From positions 35,693-99,692 of the IMG/VR virus record IMGVR_UViG_3300007863_000001: DNA of 64,000 nucleotides. One strand, given 5' to 3'. Each line of letters starts with the position of its first letter. Positions within the stretch are counted from its first letter, which is position 1. The notes under the pieces were generated by a model, which was not told where the DNA came from, ran no database searches, and saw only the letters and a program-made list of their open reading frames with translations. The translations under genes were made by a program, and so were the position numbers. This document shows, in pieces, positions 58,745 to 64,000 of this stretch. This DNA is from a virus.

Positions 58745-59039
58745 ATTGTCAAAAAAAGAAATAGAAACTATCATAGCAGAGGCACCAGATCCTGCTGCTC
58801 CTACTCCTCCTACACCTGTGGAGGCACCAAACCCAGAACCTGCTGTTGCAATTCAACCAAAAAAGTCACTAGATAAATTATCTAAAGAAGAGATGAGATC
58901 TAAGATTAAAGAGTTCTCCACACTTCTTAAAAGTCAAAGAGAACACTGGGATAAGGAAGAAAAGATTGGATTTACATATTCTTGTGATCTAATCTCACAA
59001 TCACTCATTACATTATACATTCGCTTAGGTAGAGACTAA
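58737..59039 (+). CDS. hypothetical protein with Pro-rich linker (start uncertain)
   Basis: GAGGTG RBS before TTG 58737; stop overlaps purM ATG. Confidence 0.6.
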   Translation: MNKLSKKEIETIIAEAPDPAAPTPPTPVEAPNPEPAVAIQPKKSLDKLSKEEMRSKIKEFSTLLKSQREHWDKEEKIGFTYSCDLISQSLITLYIRLGRD

Positions 59040-59977
59040 TGGACTACAAAACTTCTGGAGTTGATATAATCAAAGGACGTTCTTTCGTAGAGTATCTAAA
59101 GGTATTGGCACCTAAGATTGATGGTGGGTTTAATGGTATGATGGAGATCCCATCAGGATATGAGAAACCCGTGTTGGTATCTGGTGCTGATGGTGTCGGA
59201 ACTAAAATTAACATTTGTAGGATTGCTAATGATTACACCACTATTGGTCAGGATCTCGTTGCTATGTGCGTCAATGACGTTATATGTTCTGGTGCTAAAC
59301 CATTATATTTTCTAGATTATATCTCTACCAAAACACTTGATGCTAATGTCAGTGACATTGTATATGGGATTAATGTCGGGTGTACAATGGCAGGAATGGA
59401 ACTGATTGGTGGTGAAACAGCAGAGCATTTCCGGGCACATGATTATGACCTTGCTGGTTTCTGTACTGGTGTTGTAGAGAAGAATCAGATTGTTGATGGC
59501 AGTAACATCCGAGCAGGTGATGTAGTCATCGGTATTGAGAGTAGTGGTGTTCATAGCAATGGATATACACTCATCAATGATATGTTGTGGAGAAATTATA
59601 TTTTCTATAAAGAGATGCCTGAACTGCTGGTTCCAACCACCATCTATGCTCGTCTAATCCAGCACCTGTTGGATGAAGTTCCTATCCTAGGCATGGCACA
59701 CATCACAGGTGGAGGACTGCCTGAGAACCTTCCTAGATGCCTTCCAATGGGTCTCACAGTTGATGTCGATTGGTCTGCTTGGGAACGACCAGAACTTTTT
59801 AACAAGATTCAGGAGGCAGGAGATATTGCCGAGAAGGAGATGCGTAATGTATTTAACTGTGGTATTGGGTTCTGTTTGGTAGTTCCACAAGAAGTAGCAA
59901 CACTAACTCAAACTCTGATTGCTGATACACCATTTGGTATGAAGTCTTGGATTATTGGAACTGTTATTGATCGGTAA
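59039..59977 (+). CDS. purM: AIR synthetase PurM
   Basis: DYKTSGVD, DGVGTK, DLVAMCVND, GGETAE, HSNGY, HITGGG, VFNCGIG. Confidence 0.97.
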   Translation: MDYKTSGVDIIKGRSFVEYLKVLAPKIDGGFNGMMEIPSGYEKPVLVSGADGVGTKINICRIANDYTTIGQDLVAMCVNDVICSGAKPLYFLDYISTKTLDANVSDIVYGINVGCTMAGMELIGGETAEHFRAHDYDLAGFCTGVVEKNQIVDGSNIRAGDVVIGIESSGVHSNGYTLINDMLWRNYIFYKEMPELLVPTTIYARLIQHLLDEVPILGMAHITGGGLPENLPRCLPMGLTVDVDWSAWERPELFNKIQEAGDIAEKEMRNVFNCGIGFCLVVPQEVATLTQTLIADTPFGMKSWIIGTVIDR

Positions 59978-59994
59978 CAAACTTTTGCCATGGT

Positions 59995-60025
59995 TGATAC
60001 AGAAGTGTATCATAGTGATACACTT
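59995..60025. promoter_or_regulatory. putative operator: three TGATACA/TGTATCA half-sites
   Basis: TGATACA 59995, TGTATCA 60006, TGATACA 60016; aagtgtatca-tag-tgatacactt is a perfect 10-bp inverted repeat. Confidence 0.5.
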
Positions 60026-60061
60026 TTTCTAAATAATTTTGTAATGAATTAGGAGACATCA

Positions 60062-60145
60062 ATGAACTTCACCACCACTGCTTTAGCAGCTGGCACTCTA
60101 ATGACTATTTTTATTGGAGTTCCCATTACTACATTTGTTTCTTAA
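60062..60145 (+). CDS. 27-aa hydrophobic micropeptide
   Basis: AGGAG RBS; MNFTTTALAAGTLMTIFIGVPITTFVS. Confidence 0.65.
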   Translation: MNFTTTALAAGTLMTIFIGVPITTFVS

Positions 60146-60148
60146 ACC

Positions 60149-60223
60149 ATGGAAATTCTAGTAATTATCGCAGTACTCTCAGCAACAACATTCGGTGCTT
60201 ATAAAATGACTCCAATACAATGA
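60149..60223 (+). CDS. 24-aa hydrophobic micropeptide
   Basis: Starts 3 nt after previous stop; MEILVIIAVLSATTFGAYKMTPIQ. Confidence 0.55.
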   Translation: MEILVIIAVLSATTFGAYKMTPIQ

Positions 60224-60345
60224 TAAATGATATTAAATCATCTGCTCTTGCATTTGTCTATGCTTGGGCAGTTATTCTCGTTCCACTTGTACTTGTATCG
60301 TCTATCGTTAGTTTAGCAAATCCACAGACACAAGAATCTATCTAA
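60220..60345 (+). CDS. 41-aa single-TM micropeptide
   Basis: ATGA overlap; MINDIKSSALAFVYAWAVILVPLVLVSSIVSLANPQTQESI. Confidence 0.55.
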   Translation: MINDIKSSALAFVYAWAVILVPLVLVSSIVSLANPQTQESI

Positions 60346-60369
60346 ATAAAGTATATCGTCGTCGCAGAC

Positions 60370-60411
60370 GGGGAGGTAACTGGCAAAAACCAGTTGACAC
60401 CTCCCCTTTTT
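60370..60411 (+). terminator. long terminator-like hairpin
   Basis: ggggaggt-aactgg-caaaaa-ccagtt-gac-acctcccc-ttttt. Confidence 0.75.
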
Positions 60412-60422
60412 ATTGCTAAAAT
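60394..60422 (+). promoter_or_regulatory. sigma70-type early promoter for the gp43 operon
   Basis: TTGACA-17nt-TAAAAT with extended -10 TG, -35 inside the hairpin. Confidence 0.8.
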
Positions 60423-60444
60423 TTGTATGAAGGTGCTTTAGAGT

Positions 60445-60843
60445 ATGTCTATTAAACTTGCTATTTTAAAATCTGGTGAAGATATAGTTGCAGATATCAA
60501 AGAATATGTTGATGATGAGGGCAATGTTGTTGCTCTTATTTTTGAAAACCCAGTAGCAGTAAAATTGTTTAGTAATAAATCTGTAGTGGATGCTGAAAAA
60601 TCTGATGAGTTTTCTGTATCCTTTACCAATTGGATTCCACTGTCTGCAGAAACGACAATCCCAGTAGATAAAGATTGGGTTGTTACTATAGTTGAACCAG
60701 TGGATGTAGTAAAAAAATCTTATGAGGAGAGAATGAATGGAAGAAGAACAGCAACAACAGCAACAACAGCAACTTCAGATGGACGAACCAGTAGTGATGC
60801 TTCTGTATCTGATGAACAATCAGATACTAATAAGTCTGATTGA
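60445..60843 (+). CDS. conserved hypothetical (Sm-like fold) protein
   Basis: IKLAILKSGEDIVADI..NP..WIPL; usual position upstream of gp43. Confidence 0.8.
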   Translation: MSIKLAILKSGEDIVADIKEYVDDEGNVVALIFENPVAVKLFSNKSVVDAEKSDEFSVSFTNWIPLSAETTIPVDKDWVVTIVEPVDVVKKSYEERMNGRRTATTATTATSDGRTSSDASVSDEQSDTNKSD

Positions 60844-61042
60844 AGAAGTTGCAGCAGAAATAGGAGACCCAAACTGTAAACTTACTAATCCTTTTATTTT
60901 AAATCAGTCTAGTGGCACCCTTAACCCATGGTTATCTGATTTTTGTAAAGGCACTGAATTTGCCATATGCTCAGATAAGATCTTGACTCTTACTGAACCA
61001 AATAATGAACTACTTGAAAAGTACAAAGAACTTACAAAATGA
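60737..61042 (+). CDS. conserved hypothetical protein with poly-Q N-terminus
   Basis: GAGGAG RBS; GDPNCKLTNPF..PW..SDKILT..EP; ATGA overlap with gp43. Confidence 0.75.
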   Translation: MEEEQQQQQQQQLQMDEPVVMLLYLMNNQILISLIEEVAAEIGDPNCKLTNPFILNQSSGTLNPWLSDFCKGTEFAICSDKILTLTEPNNELLEKYKELTK

Positions 61043-63537
61043 GATTTTATACCAACGTCTATGAAAAATTCAATAAAATTTTGGTCCGTGGTTATGATGA
61101 CGGTAGGTATTTCCAAACAGAAGAGGAGTTTCAACCAACTCTTTTTGTAACTTCAAAGAAAAAAACAAATTTTAAAACTCTCGATGGAAGTTTTGTTGAA
61201 CCAATTCTTCCTGGAAGAATTTCTGATTGTAGGGAATTCTTTAAGAAATATTCTGGAATAGAGGGATTTTCTGTTTATGGGAATGACAATTATAAAGCAC
61301 AGTATATTTCAGATAGATATCCCGAAGAAGAAATTAAATTTGATATTAGTAAGGTTCGATTAGTTACGATTGATATTGAGGTTTCTGCTGAAGGTGGATT
61401 TCCTAATGTTTTTGAATGTGCTGAAGAACTCCTTACAATTACTCTTCAGAATTACAAGACCAAACAAATTATTTGTTTTGCAAATGGACGTGAATATAAT
61501 AATACTCGTAAAGATGTAAAGTATGTAAGATGTTCTGATGAAATAGATTTGATTAAACAGTTTCTTGCATTTTGGGAATATGATACTCCCGATGCAATTA
61601 CAGGATGGAACTGTGAGTTGTATGATATTCCATATATTGCTGGTAGGATTGAGAGACTTCTTGGTGAGAAAGAAGCACGTCGTTTGTCTCCTTGGAAAAA
61701 TGTCCGTAAAAGGGAATTTGTTGTTCAAGGTAGAGAACAAATATCCTACGAAATTGCAGGAGTTTCTGTGATTGATTATTTGGATCTTTATAAGAAGTTT
61801 ACATATAAGGCACAAGAATCATATCGTCTTGACCATATTGCATTTGTAGAACTTGGTCAGAAGAAACTTGACCACTCTGAGTTTGAAACTTTTAGGGACT
61901 TCTATACGGGAAATTGGCAAAAGTTTGTTGACTACAATATCAAAGACGTTGAACTTGTTGACCGTCTAGAAGATAAGATGAAGTTAATCGAACTTTGTAT
62001 GACTATGGCATATGATGCAAAGATTAACTATAATGATGTTTTCTTTCAAGTTAGAACTTGGGATGCTATTATCTACAACTACTTGAAAAAAAGGAATATT
62101 GTAATTCCACCAAAAGATAGAAGTGAAAAAAATGAAAAGTATGCAGGAGCATATGTCAAGGAACCGATTCCAGGAAAGTATGATTGGGTTGTGTCTTTTG
62201 ACCTTAACTCTCTTTATCCTCATCTCATCATGCAGTACAACATCTCCCCAGAGACGTTACTTGATGAAAAACATCCACAAGCAACTGTTAATAGAATCCT
62301 TGAAAAACAAATAACTTTTGAAAAGTATAAAGACTATGCAGTATGTGCTAATGGTGCAATGTATAGGAAAGATGTAAAGGGATTTCTTCCAGAATTGATG
62401 GAGAAAATGTATGCAGAACGTGTCATCTTCAAAAAACGAATGCTTGCAGCAAAGCAGGAGTATGAGAAGACTCCTACTAAAGCACTTGAAAAGGAAATCT
62501 CTAGATGTAACAACATTCAAATGGCGAAGAAGATTTCTCTTAATTCTGCTTATGGTGCTATTGGTAATCAATACTTCAGGTATTACAAACTAGCAAACGC
62601 AGAGGCAATTACTTTGTCTGGTCAGGTGTCGATTCGTTGGATTGAAAGTAGGATGAATCAGTACCTAAATAAACTGTTGAAAACGGATGATATAGATTAT
62701 GTTGTTGCTTCTGATACTGATTCTATCTATCTTAATCTTGGTCCTTTGGTTGACCGTGTATACAAAGGCAGAAAGGAGAGTAATGAGAAGATTGTGGGGC
62801 TCCTTGATAAGATCTGTCAGATGGAACTTGAGCCTTATATTGAAAGTTCTTACAAAGAATTGGCCAACTACGTAAATGCATATGATCAGAAGATGCAGAT
62901 GAAACGGGAGAATATTGCTGACCGTGGAATCTGGACTGCTAAGAAACGATACATTCTTAACGTTTGGGATAGTGAAGGAGTTCGTTATGAAGAACCAAAA
63001 CTTAAAATCATGGGTATTGAAGCAGTAAAATCTTCAACACCTGCTCCTTGTCGTCAAATGATTAAGGATGGTTTGAAGTTAATGATGAACGGTAGTGAAG
63101 ATGACGTAATTAATTTTATTGAAGATTCTAGAGAAAAATTTAATAATCTTGCTCCAGAAGAAATTTCTTTTCCCAGAACAGCATCTGATGTGATGAAACA
63201 TAAAGCATATGCAACAATTTATGGAAAGGGGACTCCAATCCATGTTCGTGGTGCTTTGTTGTTTAATCATTATATTAAGGAAAAGAAGTTGGATAAGAAA
63301 TATGCTCTTGTTCAAAATGGTGAAAAAATTAAATTTTGTTATTTGAAACTTCCTAATCCAATTCGTGAAAACGTCATCTCATACATCCAGGAATTTCCAG
63401 TCGAATTGGGGCTGGACAAATATATTGATTATGAACTACAATTCAACAAAGCATTCTTAGATCCTATGAAGGTTATTCTTGATGCTATCGGTTGGAATGT
63501 GGAAAAAACTGTAACACTAGAATCTTTTTTCTCTTAA
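61039..63537 (+). CDS. gp43: family B DNA polymerase gp43
   Basis: Exo DIE, SFDLNSLYP, KISLNSAYG, SDTDS. Confidence 0.98.
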   Translation: MRFYTNVYEKFNKILVRGYDDGRYFQTEEEFQPTLFVTSKKKTNFKTLDGSFVEPILPGRISDCREFFKKYSGIEGFSVYGNDNYKAQYISDRYPEEEIKFDISKVRLVTIDIEVSAEGGFPNVFECAEELLTITLQNYKTKQIICFANGREYNNTRKDVKYVRCSDEIDLIKQFLAFWEYDTPDAITGWNCELYDIPYIAGRIERLLGEKEARRLSPWKNVRKREFVVQGREQISYEIAGVSVIDYLDLYKKFTYKAQESYRLDHIAFVELGQKKLDHSEFETFRDFYTGNWQKFVDYNIKDVELVDRLEDKMKLIELCMTMAYDAKINYNDVFFQVRTWDAIIYNYLKKRNIVIPPKDRSEKNEKYAGAYVKEPIPGKYDWVVSFDLNSLYPHLIMQYNISPETLLDEKHPQATVNRILEKQITFEKYKDYAVCANGAMYRKDVKGFLPELMEKMYAERVIFKKRMLAAKQEYEKTPTKALEKEISRCNNIQMAKKISLNSAYGAIGNQYFRYYKLANAEAITLSGQVSIRWIESRMNQYLNKLLKTDDIDYVVASDTDSIYLNLGPLVDRVYKGRKESNEKIVGLLDKICQMELEPYIESSYKELANYVNAYDQKMQMKRENIADRGIWTAKKRYILNVWDSEGVRYEEPKLKIMGIEAVKSSTPAPCRQMIKDGLKLMMNGSEDDVINFIEDSREKFNNLAPEEISFPRTASDVMKHKAYATIYGKGTPIHVRGALLFNHYIKEKKLDKKYALVQNGEKIKFCYLKLPNPIRENVISYIQEFPVELGLDKYIDYELQFNKAFLDPMKVILDAIGWNVEKTVTLESFFS

Positions 63538-63707
63538 TGGAATTACCTATCAACGACAAAGAATTGAATACTATTATTAGTGCTATGCGTCTCGGTGGAG
63601 ATGCTGCACTTTATCAAAAATTAAAAACTATCAGGGAAATCCGTGAGGATAATCCTGGTGATGCTTATAAAAAAATTGCTCGTGAAAAATTTGGATTTGT
63701 AATTTAA
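63537..63707 (+). CDS. small hypothetical protein
   Basis: TAATG coupling on both sides; MELPINDKEL... Confidence 0.75.
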   Translation: MELPINDKELNTIISAMRLGGDAALYQKLKTIREIREDNPGDAYKKIAREKFGFVI

Positions 63708-64000
63708 TGGACTTTTTAAAAGATATTGTAAAAGAGATAGGAGATGACTTTACCAAACTGGCAGCGGACATCGACGAAACCGAAACTTACGTGGACACAG
63801 GTTCGTACATCTTTAACGGACTCGTTTCAGGTAGTATATTTGGTGGTGTATCTGGGAATAAGATTACTGCCATTGCTGGTGAGTCTTCTACTGGCAAGAC
63901 TTTCTTTTCTCTCGCTGTCGTCAAAAACTTTCTTGATTCTAATCCTGACGGATATTGCCTTTATTTTGACACCGAGGCAGCAGTTAATAAATCTCTTCTC
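63707..64000 (+). CDS. uvsX: RecA-like recombinase UvsX (runs off window end)
   Basis: MDFLKDIVKEIG..DTGSYIFN..AGESSTGKT..YFDTE. Confidence 0.95.
   Translation, partial: MDFLKDIVKEIGDDFTKLAADIDETETYVDTGSYIFNGLVSGSIFGGVSGNKITAIAGESSTGKTFFSLAVVKNFLDSNPDGYCLYFDTEAAVNKSLL

Noticed and set aside
60007-60021. Canonical NtcA box
   Set aside because: Spacing is GTA-N9-TAC, not N8; kept only as an unassigned palindrome
63492-63536. Upstream start for the ORF after gp43
   Set aside because: TAATG coupling at 63537 is the more plausible start
32925-63537. Introns, inteins or homing endonucleases in gp17, gp20, gp23, gp46, uvsW, gp43
   Set aside because: All are continuous and of ordinary length; the 34580 Zn-finger ORF has no visible nuclease motif
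1-64000. tRNA, rRNA, photosystem genes, alternative genetic code
   Set aside because: No cloverleaf or rRNA-like segments or psbA/hli motifs noticed by eye; core genes translate full length with the standard code

Overview
The window is a 64-kb, AT-rich, almost entirely + strand segment of a T4-like marine cyanomyovirus (Kyanoviridae-like) genome. About 1-28 kb is an accessory virion/fibre region: the end of a VrlC-like protein, small structural proteins, a cupredoxin-tipped fibre, an S8 protease, a 1731-aa periodic repeat protein, two tail fibres with Mtd-like N-termini and S74 chaperones (948 and ~3440 aa), and two 2OG-Fe(II) oxygenases. About 28-44.5 kb is the core morphogenesis block (gp13, 14, 15, 16, 17, 18, 19, 20, 21, 22, 23, gp3). 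From 44.5 kb to the end is the recombination/replication block (uvsY, uvsW, gp55, gp47, gp46, gp45, gp44, gp62, regA, hsp20, gp43, start of uvsX), interrupted by four more 2OG oxygenases, purC/purM and micro-ORFs. T4 late promoters (TATAAATA), sigma70-type early promoters and intrinsic terminators are visible. I saw no tRNA, rRNA, CRISPR, intron/intein or reverse transcriptase. Best leads: (i) a candidate bead-on-a-string filament module with its own protease at 1.5-12.6 kb; (ii) Russian-doll nested domains inside a split beta-helix of the giant fibre; (iii) small ORFs missed by the ORF track (NblA-like, twin-CX3C protein, three membrane micropeptides behind a repeated operator); (iv) a ROSE-like RNA thermometer on hsp20; (v) a capsid-targeted polyprotein. 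All family calls come from motif recognition and synteny, not database searches.
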